A DNA stretch of 64,000 nucleotides from Chrysemys picta bellii (Eukaryota): the NCBI RefSeq assembly GCF_011386835.1, contig NC_088795.1, positions 75,950,001 to 76,014,000 on the forward strand. The letters run 5' to 3'. Shown one piece after another: positions 26,990-37,780 of the stretch; within the stretch, counting starts at the first letter, position 1; each line of letters begins with the position of its first letter. The notes under the pieces are model-generated. The model saw only the letters and a program-made list of their open reading frames with translations. It did not search any database and had not been told where the DNA came from. The position numbers and the translations under genes were made by a program.

Positions 26990-27560
26990 AGCTCCCCCCG
27001 CGCCTGCAACAACATTTGAGACAACAACCTACTACAGCCCAGTTAAAGCTGCTGCTTGCTCACAAGTGAGCTGTAAGGAGCCCAGAGGGCGCGACCTGCT
27101 TTGCCCAGAAACAAACCCGCTGCCAGCCCCGCCGGTCCCGCTGGCGGAGATTTCCCGGGGCGAGGGATGCAGGGGAGCCGCGAGCAGCGTCCCTTCCCTC
27201 CCGCCGCTCCACAAAGTTTCCGCGCAAAGTCAAACTCGGTGCAGAGCGTCCATGGCAGCGGAGCGCAGCCCCCGGCCATGCACCAGCCGCTGAGCGCCTG
27301 GGCTCGCCCGGGAAGGAGATGGGGGGATCCCATAGTGACTCACCCATTACTCTTTCCGCTACTCCTTCGCAGCAGCCCCGGAGCCGCTCCTCCCGGCCTC
27401 TTTAACACGAGCGGCAGCTTCCACTGACCCCCTCCGCCCGGCCCCAGGCAGCTTCCCCCGCCCCGGGCGCCGGCAGGCCAGAGGCGGGCCCAGAAACCCT
27501 TCCCCCTCTCCACCTGCCTCATTCATTCGCTTCCCGCAGCCCCCAAACTGTTCCCAGAGC
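26990..27560 (-). promoter_or_regulatory. CpG island / promoter of minus-strand transcript
   Basis: The only non-TE CpG-dense GC-rich tract in the window; GC boxes at 27432-27439 and 27456-27464; consensus donor gtgagt at 27343-27338; CCAAT (minus) at 27744-27748. Confidence 0.85.
27344..27425 (-). other. candidate exon 1, ending ATG-G|gtgagt
   Basis: ATG at 27347-27345 followed by G and a consensus donor; TSS position is a guess. Confidence 0.6.
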
Positions 27561-27787
27561 CTGCGGGGGGGACAAGCAAGGGGCAGGGTCTAAACAACCC
27601 AGAAGGACGCGCTGAGCCTCCTGGCTTTGGCATGGTCTTAAACTGCCCCTGTGCTCCCCAGCCCCTCTCTGCTGGTGGGTTGGGAGGGAGAGCAGATTGT
27701 GAGGGTCTCACGCAGCCTTTTCCTTCTAATCAACTGCAAATTCATTGGCTCCCCACTAATTTGCACTAGTCACCCCTCTGGCACTGG

Positions 27788-28014
27788 TGGCACCTTAAAG
27801 ACTAACAGATTTATTTGGGCATAAGCTTTCGTGAGTAAAAACCTCACTTCTTCGGATGCATAGTGCATAGTGCACTATGCACTATGCATCCGAAGAAGTG
27901 AGGTTTTTACTCACGAAAGCTTATGCCCAAATAAATCTGTTAGTCTTTAAGGTGCCACCAGACTCCTTGTTGTTTTTGTAGATACAGACTAACACAGCTA
28001 ACCCCTGATACTTG
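27788..28014. mobile_element. Penelope-like insertion containing a perfect 178-bp palindrome
   Basis: Palindrome 27784-27961; 16-bp flanking direct repeat acccctctggcactgg (27772-27787, 28015-28030). Confidence 0.85.
27886..27926 (+). ncRNA. minimal hammerhead ribozyme motif, U4C variant (mirror copy on minus at 27819-27859)
   Basis: GCAT-CCGAAGA-A-GTGAG-gttttta-CTCAC-GAAA-GCTT-ATGC: stem I, core, stem II, GAAA, palindromic AGCT in place of stem III. Confidence 0.6.
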
Positions 28015-28139
28015 ACCCCTCTGGCACTGGAACTAAGTGTAGCATAAACAATACATAGTCCTCTTCCCAGGGCAGCGTTACCATCCTCATACTCGCCGCC
28101 TGGCTTCTTGTAGATGCCAATGTACCTCTCCCTCACACT

Positions 28140-28287
28140 CAGGGGTTCTCAGCCTGAGTGCTACACAACCACCCTGTCCTTCCCTTTTCCCAAGTGGGAG
28201 GTTGGTTCCTGCTAGATAGGGAGGGATCCTGGGATGATCCAGATATGGAAAAGGGTGTCACAGCATGGAAAAGGTAGCTAACCCCTG
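28140..28287. mobile_element. hAT-Charlie-type MITE (old)
   Basis: TIRs caggggttctc / gctaacccctg; degenerate TSD ctcacact/ctcatgct. Confidence 0.6.
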
Positions 28288-28534
28288 CTCATGCTGATAC
28301 ATTGTCATTATTGTAAAATGACTGGATAACTATGCAGCATTTAATTCGTGTGCCAATAGTTTTCTTGTTTCCCTCAGCCTGGACCTCTGCCCTACTTTTC
28401 AGGGCCTAATTCTGCTCTGAAATCAAAACAAGTTTTGTCATTTATGCCAGTGAAATGGGCTAAAACTTTTCTGTTTTATCAAGATGCGACATGTTTGGGG
28501 ACAGAAGGCAGGTGAGCAGGTTCATTGTGAAAAC

Positions 28535-28880
28535 AATGAGGAGTCCTTGTGGCACCTTAGAGACTAACAAATTTATTTGAGCATAAGCTTTCGTGGGCTA
28601 TAACCCACTTAATCAGATCCATGGAGTGGAAAATACAGTAGGCAGCTATAAATACAGAGAGCATGAAAAGATGGGGCCTTACAGAGTGGGGGGGTCAATG
28701 CTAATGAGACCAATTCAGTTAGGGTGGATGTGTCCCATTTCCAACAGTTGACAAGAAGGGGTGAATATCAACAGAGGGAAAATTACTTTTTGTAGTGCAA
28801 ACAAGGCCAATTCAATCATGCTAGATGTGGCCCATTCTCAACAGTTGACAAGAAGGGGTGAGTACCAACAGATGGAAAAT
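28535..28880. mobile_element. Penelope-like fragment with decayed hammerhead motif (28581-28620, minus)
   Basis: gtggcaccttagagactaac..gcataagctttcgtgggctataacccacttaatcag; core reads CTGATTA (G8 lost). Confidence 0.75.
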
Positions 28881-30165
28881 TCTCCTACCTTTTGTTTCAG
28901 AATGAAGAAATGTTCTGGATTGTAGGAAGGATTATGCTAATGGTATTTAAACCATGATCTGAGAAAATTAAGCTATTCACAAATACACCTTGGGCTGAAC
29001 TCTTCCTTTACTCTTATGTATATATGTGTATCCCATTGGCGTTTCCTTCCAGGGACACTAATTTGGAACTTTTATTATAGGTCATTATCAATTAAATCAA
29101 TGAAGTTGTGCAAGATAAATGAGGACAGAATTTGACCTAAAGATACTAGTTTTATTAACTTTGACAACAAACTCATGTTGGTCCATGCACATAGTTATTG
29201 AAAATGATTGAAAATGTTTATGTTCCAATTACCGCTACAGGCCTGATTCTCCACTTAGGTAATCATTTAAAGCTATGCAAATTGAGCACATAATTTTGTA
29301 AAATGCTATCAGATCAGAATGGTAAATGACTGCACAGGGGGCAAGGTGGTGGAAAATCTCACTCTGTAAGTGTGTGTTCATGTGATCTGTTTATTTATTA
29401 CTTAAAATAAGTGCTAAGATATCTGGAAAAGCTGCAAGAGACCCATATCATCATTTTCTAGCACCTTGTGTAGTCATTGACACTGCTACCTCTTTTTGAC
29501 CCATACAATTAGCCAATTTTCAGGGTCCTATTGGTCATTCTGGTTAGGAAAAGAAACTGATGTTGGAGTCTAGTATTTCTTTAGTGTAATGCTGTTTATT
29601 TACAATAAATGTGAAGTCCTGTTTCCCTGAACACTGCAGAATCAAAAAGGAAGAGAGATTTTCTTTGCTAACAGTTTCAAGCACCTTTCCACCCTGCATT
29701 TGCTCCCAAAATTCTCTCTCATCTTTTTATCAGAGTCATACAACCAATGAGCTGTGTCTTTGGCTTCCTGGTACTTCTTTCACCTGCACAGATGTACCCA
29801 GCTCCACCAATCAGTGTCCCAGCATTTACTATACCAGTCTGTAAGGAAAACCTTTGGACGACATGGTCCTGATTCTACTCAAGCCTTGCCAGGTGCCTGT
29901 ATTTTGGGGGGTGCTCTTATTGTTTCTGTTAGCAAAAAGTCCTGTATCCCGAAGGAAAGGTGGCTGTTATACATTCTAGCTTCAGTGAGGTTTAACCTAA
30001 CCCATAACAACACGTATGCGTATGATTTTGCATTCATTTTCTACTGGGTAAGTAACTACACAAAGTGCAGGGCAATGATTAACTGAGCCTATAGTTTCAA
30101 CTTTAACCATAATAAATATAGGAGAATGGATGGCTCATGGGATTAGTAATCTAACATAGAGCCTT

Positions 30166-31735
30166 TCATAGAATCATAGAAATGTAGGGTTGGAAGGGAT
30201 CTCAAGAGGTCATCGGGTCCATCCGCCTGTGCCAAGGCAGGATTAAGTATACCTAGACCATCCCCGACAAGTGTTTAACCTGTTCCTTAAAATCTCCAGT
30301 GATCGGGATTCCACCACCTCCTTAGGTAACCTATTCCAATCTTTAACTATCTTTATAATTAGAAAGTTTTTCCTAATATCTTACTTAAATGTCCCTTGCT
30401 GCACACTGAGCCACTTACGTCTTATCTGACCCTTAGTAGACATGGAAAACAATTGATCACTGTCCTCCTTATAATAACCTTTTATATATTTGAAAATTGT
30501 TACCATGTCCCACTTTGGCCTTCTTCTCTTTAGACTAAACATGCTTAATTCTTTCCACTTTTCTTCACAGCTCATGTTTTCTAAACCTCTTATTTTTTGT
30601 AGCTCTCCTCTGGACAATCTCTGATTTGTTCCCATCTTTCTTGAAGTATGGCACCCAAACCTGGACACAGTATTCCAGTTGAAGCCTCATGAGTGCCAAG
30701 TACCAATCACCGTACCAAGTACCATATCTTTCCTAGGACACTTCTGTTAATGCATCTCAGAATGATACTTGCCTTTTTTGCAAGAGCATCACACTACATT
30801 GACTCATATTCAATTTGTGATCCATTATAACTTCCAGATCCTTTTTTGCAGTACGGCTGCCTAGCCAGTTATTCCCCATTTTGAATCTGTTCATTTGATT
30901 TTTTTTTCCTTCTTAAGTGCAGTACTCTGTACTTGTCTTTATTGAATTTCATCCTATTGATTTCAGACCAGTTCTCCATTTTGAATTCTAATCGTATTCT
31001 CCAAAGTGCTCCCAACCTCTCCCAGTTTTATAATTTTATAAGCGTACTCTCCACTCCATCATCCAAGTCGTTACTGAAAATACTAAATAGTACTGGACCC
31101 AGGACAGATCCTTTCAGAACCCCACTGGATGCATCCTCCCACAGTGTGACAGTGAACTATTGATAACTTCTCACCTAATTGGACTTTATGATAATTTCAT
31201 CTAGACCACCTTTCCCTAGTTTGCTTATAAGATTGTCATGTGGGACTGTGTCAAATGCATTATTAAAATGAAGATAAATCACATCTACTGCTTTTCCCCA
31301 TTTGCTAAGCCAATAACCCTATCAAAAAAGGAAATTAGGTTCACTGGGGTGATTTGTTCTTGACAAAACCATGCTGGCTATTATTGATCATCCTATTATC
31401 CTTACAAAAGGATTGTTTAATAATTTCTTCCAGTATCTTGCCAGGTGTCAAAATTAAGCTGACTAATCTCTAATTCCCCAGGTCCTTATTGTTCCCCTTT
31501 TTAAAGATAGGTATTATGTTTGCCCTTCTTCAATCCTCTGGGACCTCATCCATCCTCGATGAGCTCTCAAAGATCATCACAAATAGACCTTAGATTGCTT
31601 AAGCAAGTTCCTTAAGTATCCTAGGGTGAACTTCATCAGGCCTTGACAATTTGTGTACATTTAATTTATCGAAATATTTTTTAATCTGACTTTTACCTAT
31701 TTCACCTCCTATATTCACTGGTTTGTATATAGTCC
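30166..31735 (-). mobile_element. CR1 LINE, 5'-truncated, decayed
   Basis: tcatagaatcatag tail at 30166; ORF 30381..30668 resembles the CR1 ORF2 C-terminus (IRGLENMSCEEKWKELSMFSLKRRR). Confidence 0.9.
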
Positions 31736-32435
31736 AGGGCGGTAGTGAGTAAAATTTGCATTCTTAAGCCACAATTCTGCAAGCTGTTTCATGGGAGTGG
31801 ATTCCTATGCCCTTGCAGAGCCCCTTGGCCTCAGTGAGGCTAAACACAAGAATAAATCTGTCTCTGTGAAGCAGCTTGCAGGCTCAGAGTTCTTAGGGAC
31901 AGGGACCATATCTTTGCAATACCAAGTTGCAAATGCTGGTTGGAGCCTCTGGGAGCTACTGTAATATAAGTATTTAATAACAGTAATAAAATTGTTAGCA
32001 TCTGATAGTTGTTCATTGACCTTTGCAAAATGAGCTGGTGGTCTCAATGTGTTTTTTAGGTGACACGTGACAAGATCACAAAACACACTGGCATGAAATG
32101 TCCCCTTTTTCTGGCAGACTCAGCAGAGAGACAAAGAACTAATAGGCCATGAAGACTGATCCCTAAAAGTGGTCCCTCTAATTTGGACACATTGGAAGTG
32201 CAGAATGGGGGCATTTGTACTCCCTGAACCTCTTCTAGAGATAAATATAACCCTCCTTTTCTCTTCCACCATTACTTCTCACTTTCCCAAAAGAACAATA
32301 AAAATCATGCCATTTTTCAGTGGGAGAAAGTCCCCTAACTTCTCCCTATAAAGCTGTCTCTCTGCTTGTTAGATACAAATAGTTACAGGACCAACTGGGA
32401 AACAATTTTGAGTAAATTCTCAGGCCAGCTGTAAC

Positions 32436-32884
32436 CAAGGGCCGGCTCTAGGCACCAGCACTCCAAGCATGTGTTTGGGGCGGCACTTTCCAAGGGGTGG
32501 CACTCCGCCCCCCCCTTTTTTTCACGCTTGGGGCACAAAAAGCTGGGAGTCGGCCCTGAGCGGAGGTGAGCTGCGGCAGTGGGGGGCGCAGGTAGGGTCG
32601 CAGGAAGTAACCCTGGAGAGGGGCAGAGGAACCACTCCCCCCCAGCTCACCTCTGCTCCACTGCCACCTGCTCCCCCGAGCGTGCCCCCTCTCCACTTCT
32701 CCCCCCTCCCTCCCAGGCAGGGAGAGGTAGGAGGGGAAATGCGGCGCGCCCGGGGGAGGAGACGGGGCCGGGGATTTGGGGAAGGGGTTGGAATGAGGCG
32801 GGGAAGGGGCGGAGTTGGGGCGGGGCAGGGGGGTGCGGGAACATTTTTTTGTTTGGGGCGGCAAAAAACTTGGAGCCAGCCCTG
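32436..32884. mobile_element. GC-rich hAT MITE
   Basis: TIRs c(a)agggccggctc / gagccagccctg; TSD gctgtaac/gcaataac (6/8). Confidence 0.8.
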
Positions 32885-33851
32885 GCAATAACAGCAACCA
32901 GTTGCCTCTGAATTTGTCCAAAAATAGTCTGCTGATGGAATGATTATTTGACTGTTCCTTAATAAAATCATTTTCTTGGGGTCACCTCTAAGATTGAGAA
33001 TTTATACATTTTTATTGGTTTGTATGTAATGTTTATATAATTCCCCCATGAATTCTATACAAAAACACTTCCTGGTTTACAAAAGGAGTAAGTCAAATGT
33101 TGATACAGCATGCAACTTTTTGATGAAAATTAATGTTGCCACCCACCTTCTTAGCCACTGTTTACTGTTTTCCTTATGATGAACCATTAATAGGATGCAG
33201 ATTTCCCTTTCCCTCCCATGTGATACAATATACTGTATGTAATTTTCAAGAAAATGAGCCATGCTTCTATACCACAGGCAGTCAATAACATCTCAGAGAA
33301 GTGCAGAATCTATCCATCTTGATTTTGAGGGTGTTTTTATCTTTATACGGGTTTTTTGATTTTTTTTTTTTAATAATTATCTCTGTTTCTAGTATAGCAT
33401 CCCTGGAGGGTGGGCTGACAGGCTATTTATGCCCTTTTTAAAACTTTTCTTTATAAGCAACACTACCCTTGGATAGCACAACTGAAGCAAGACTTATTTA
33501 CACTACTATATTTAAACACAACAGAGAAAAAATTATATGCAAGAAATACAGAAAACAGTCTCAGATAAGAAAATTGTACCTTAATACTAACTAGATAAAG
33601 TTTGTCCTTAGTACTCCAAAACTCATATGCTTATGTCTCTGGTAAACTGAACTTTCCAATCATTACTCAGCCCTCAGTCTTCTAAACCACTTGCTTTACT
33701 TCATTGGGACTCTTCAAGAGCCAAAGGATACAAAGATCACCAATTCATATATTTAGAGTTCGTCCTCAGTAACAAAGATAAAATGCCAGGCAACTTCAAA
33801 ACAAAACCCAGTAATCCCTGACTGCAGGCAAACTCTAACTAAGATTTGTCT

Positions 33852-33974
33852 TAGGGTGACCAGATGTCCCGATTTTATAGGAACAGTCCCGATTTTGGGG
33901 TCTTTTTCTTATATAGGTTCCTATTACCTGCCACCTCCATCCCGATTTTTCACATTTGCTGTCTGGTCACCCTA
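33852..33974. mobile_element. hAT MITE (tagggtgacc family)
   Basis: Perfect TIR tagggtgaccaga/tctggtcacccta and perfect 8-bp TSD atttgtct. Confidence 0.92.
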
Positions 33975-35431
33975 ATTTGTCTCCAGCCTACCTCCCCATT
34001 CTAGAACTTACTCACTCAAAATATATAAGCAAGCATCCTGGTGAGTTAACATGGTGACACCCTATGTCATTTCTATAGTTTGTTAGGGCAAAGACAAGCT
34101 TTATCACACTAGCCATCTCAATTGACATCACCTAGACTTTCCAGCCTTTTACAACTTTGAAAATATCCTAAACGGGGGAATAATATTAATGAAAACATAA
34201 CACGTGTTTTCTGAAAAAAACAAAACTTGAAATTTCTGCACAAAATGTTGTTTTATACAATGCAGTAAAATCTCCTTTTTAAATTTCATTTTTATGCAGT
34301 TATTAAACTGTTGGTTCATTATACTTTCAAAATCTCATGAATTAAAAAATCTTCAATTTAATTTCTTAGTTTATTAAGTACTTCAATATTCTGGATTGGA
34401 TATTTTTCAAAACTTAGATTGATCAACAAGTGCAGAACATCTCACTCAATAGTGTGAGTTTTAAATGGAATTGTTGAACTTCAAATCTGATGTTTCGCCT
34501 CCTACACAAGTTAGACAATAATTTGTGCATAAATAAAATATTGTTAATCTTCGGCACCTTCTTCTTCCACTCTAGATCACCAGATGGTTTATTTTCTTTC
34601 ATTATCCTAGCAAATGCAACTGCTGCATTTCTTGTTAGTCTTTGATAACCTTGTCCCATAATGTACCGTTTAGTCTTCTCAAACACTCACTGTCAGTGTG
34701 AACTCACACATTAATTACCTTCCTATTGTAATTAATGTGGAAAGTTTGTTCTACAATAAAATCCTGTTTTTTTCCCCCAACTACTCCTCCAAGACCTCTA
34801 GTTTAACTGCAGCTGTTGGCAGGTTTGATCTGTACTGGCTCATATGGGGACACAGATTCTCATAATGGATCCACAGGCTCAGAAAAGTCACTAGTACTAT
34901 TATTAATCACAGGAAAGGAAGACTATTTTTCTGAAATAATTTCATGTGTTCACAGTTTATTTAGTTTATTCTCTTGTATTTTGATTATATCTTATCTCTG
35001 AAAACTAATAAATCTTCTATGATGCTTACAGTGCAAAATTGAACACTTTCTAAAATACTTGCACATTAAAATGATCTTGAGCTTAACCTTTGTGCTGCAA
35101 ACCCAGTAGCTTTTTCAAATTGTAAATCCAGACAGAAAGGGAGCATGAAGCCTTGCTTGGTTGATTTTTAGGATGATATCCAACACAGATGAAGGTGGTC
35201 TTCCAGCTACCTGTCTGCTGTATCCTTGCCAGTTTCTGAAAGAATACTTGTTTGTGTTCACTAGGTCCATGTGGTTAGTATGAATGTTTACACTTTTATT
35301 TAAAAAGGTTAACTCCATCAAGAACAAATATTCATTTTGCCCCAGTTCAGCAAAATGCTTAAGCATGTACTTCAGTCTGCCACTATTCAGCAGAGCACTC
35401 AAGCATGTCTAACATTGCATGTGTACTTGTG

Positions 35432-35680
35432 GGCTTGTCTACACTTGAAATTCTACAGTGGCGCAGCTGCAGTAGTGCTTCAGTGTAGACGTTAACTGTG
35501 CCAACAGGAGGGGTTGGCATAGGTAATCCACCTCCCTAAGAGGTAGTAGCAAGGTCTATGGAAGAATTTGTCTGTCAACCTAGCACTGTCTGCACTGGGG
35601 GTTAGGTCAGCTTAAGTACTCCGCTTAAAGGTGTGGATTTTTCATACCCACGAGCGACGTAGTTAGCTGACTTAATTTTC
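35432..35680. mobile_element. Harbinger-type MITE, truncated
   Basis: Starts gggcttgtctacact; related (opposite orientation) to 53508-53787. Confidence 0.6.
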
Positions 35681-35842
35681 TAAGTCCCATGAAAGTTGAT
35701 GGGACCTAAGCACATGCTTCAGTGCTTTGCTGAATGAGGATGCTTTGCTGAATCAGGGCCATACAGTAGAGATTTGTCCACAATGGCACATTCAATGCAG
35801 CACATTACAAATAGCAATTTACAGTTACGTAATTCATTCATG

Positions 35843-35879
<37 letters not shown>

Positions 35880-36169
35880 AAAATAACCTCTCATAATATA
35901 ATTTAACAGGGCTATATATACAAAAAAGTAAGTTATAGAAAAATCTTCTCAAAACAATTAAACAGTAAAAAACAAACAAGAAAATATCTTATAAAACATG
36001 ACTAATAGTCAAGAGCTATAAAATTGTTCACATTGAATCCACCCAATTACCTAATACTGGAAAAAACAAAACAACTTTATTTTTGCTTATTAGAGAAAAT
36101 TAAAATCCACCTTTCACTAAATTTGATGTACATTTCATGTGTAAATGAAGGGCTAGCTCCTGCAAATAT

Positions 36170-37780
36170 TAGGGTGACCAGACCTCCAGTTTTTAAAGGG
36201 ACAGTCCGATAATTAAGCCCTCCTGCAGGTGTCCTGACTTTTTCTTAAAAACAGGAAAATTGCCCCATATTTTCTGCTCTCCCACCCATCAGTACTGGCG
36301 AGTCCTGCTACTGGCCAGATCTCTGCTCGCCAGCCACCTGCCAACCAGCAGTTGGAGGGGGTGGGGGGTCCAGTGGCCAACAATGAAGGTAGGTGTGCAA
36401 GCCTGGTGGAAGGGCAAAGATGCAGTGTGCAGGGCCGGATGCTCCCCCTGCTGGTCCATCAGCACAGTCCCCGCTGTGTGCCAGCTCTCAGCCAGCAGGG
36501 CCCCGTCTCCCATCTCGTTTCCAGCTAGCACTGGCTGTGAGCTGTGGTAGTTAGTGAGTGCAGGCAGTCACCAAGTGGCAGCTGGTTACGTGTCACCTCT
36601 GCTTCCCAACCAGCAGTCCTTTATGTGCTTCCCCTCTTGCTGTCCTCTCCCTGCTTTGCCCCCCCCCCAGTCCTGCTGCTCCTCCATATCTCCCTGGTGG
36701 GGCACATCCTGCTCCCAGCGCTGTGCAGAGAATCAGCCCCTGGTCAGAGTGCTGAGCTCATCAACAGCCTGGCTGGCAGGCTCCTTCCTTTTCCCACTGC
36801 CTCTGGCTGGGCCAGTGCCCCAGGAAAGCCCAAGACCCTCCAGCCTGGGGCATTGACCAGAAAGAGCAAAGCCCTGCATGTGCCAAAGCCCCGCACAGCA
36901 CTGGCATAGGGAAACCTCTCCACCCCTCAGCTAAGCTCTGGATTGGTGAGGGGGAGAGGGAGAAGGGGTTTCCCACCTGTTCATGCCCTGAACCTGCAGG
37001 CTCCATAGCAGCCCCCTGGACAGGGGTTTAGTGCGGGGCTGCTCCGTCCCCTAGGCACACTCCCCTGCTGAGCCACCTCTCTGACCGGGTTTGCTGAAGC
37101 CCCTGCAGTCAGGTTCCCTGGGCCCTGGTACACAATGCATCCTTAAGGCTTAACCCCTTCCTGCCCGCGCTGTAGCTGGAGGCAACTGGATTATGTCGGT
37201 GGCCAGCAGGAGCCTGGAAGTGTTAGCTGCCTTTTGGCACTGTGCGGGCAGGAAGGGACAAGCTGCTTCCAGCCACAGGGGAGCGGTGTGGGTAACAGGG
37301 AAGAGATGAGCTCGGCCAAGACACAGGCCAGTCATCCCTTCCCCCCGCCCCCTTCCTCATCCCCCACTGCTGGAAACAGCTCCCGCCCATTCTCTCCTGC
37401 ACAGAGCCGAAAGGCTGCTGTTGGCCACATTCTAGTGTGAACCCTGACAGAAATCTGAGGAGGGGGGCATGCGACCCCTGCATGCACGCCCCACACATTG
37501 CCTCAGGAAGACACAGAGCCAGGTACCAGGAGAGATGGGACCATCCTGGGGGTCCAGGCAGGCATGGAGGGGGAGAGTGCTGGGCAGGGAGGGTTCGGTT
37601 GGTGCCCCCCTCCCCCATGTGAGAGAGGTGTGTGTGTGTGTATATATATATATGTATATCACACCTCCCCCTGTGAACCCTAAAGGCTTAAATCTAAGAA
37701 GGTAAATAGAAAGAATCCAACTACACTATATTTCTTTTTAACAGGGGCTCAGTCAACTTGATGTTAACTTCAGGATTTGT
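36170..37780. mobile_element. composite GC-rich non-autonomous TE region
   Basis: Starts with the tagggtgaccaga hAT terminus; abrupt GC-rich low-complexity interior; boundaries approximate. Confidence 0.5.

Noticed and set aside
1-27425. Naming the host gene (considered cytokine, SCPP, FAM3, TNFR-like and kinase families)
   Set aside because: Only superficial resemblance in short peptides; no symbol can be supported without a database search.
29734-29840. Plus-strand exon candidate for a divergent transcript
   Set aside because: Good splice sites but isolated; no recognisable product or linked exons. Only RNA-seq could rescue it.
32448-32971. Long overlapping ORFs (140-157 aa), and similar ones at 20690-21008, 36260-37700, 43395-44349, 60029-60627 and 62432-63181
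   Set aside because: All lie in GC-rich TEs where stop codons are rare; low-complexity P/G/R/A content on both strands.
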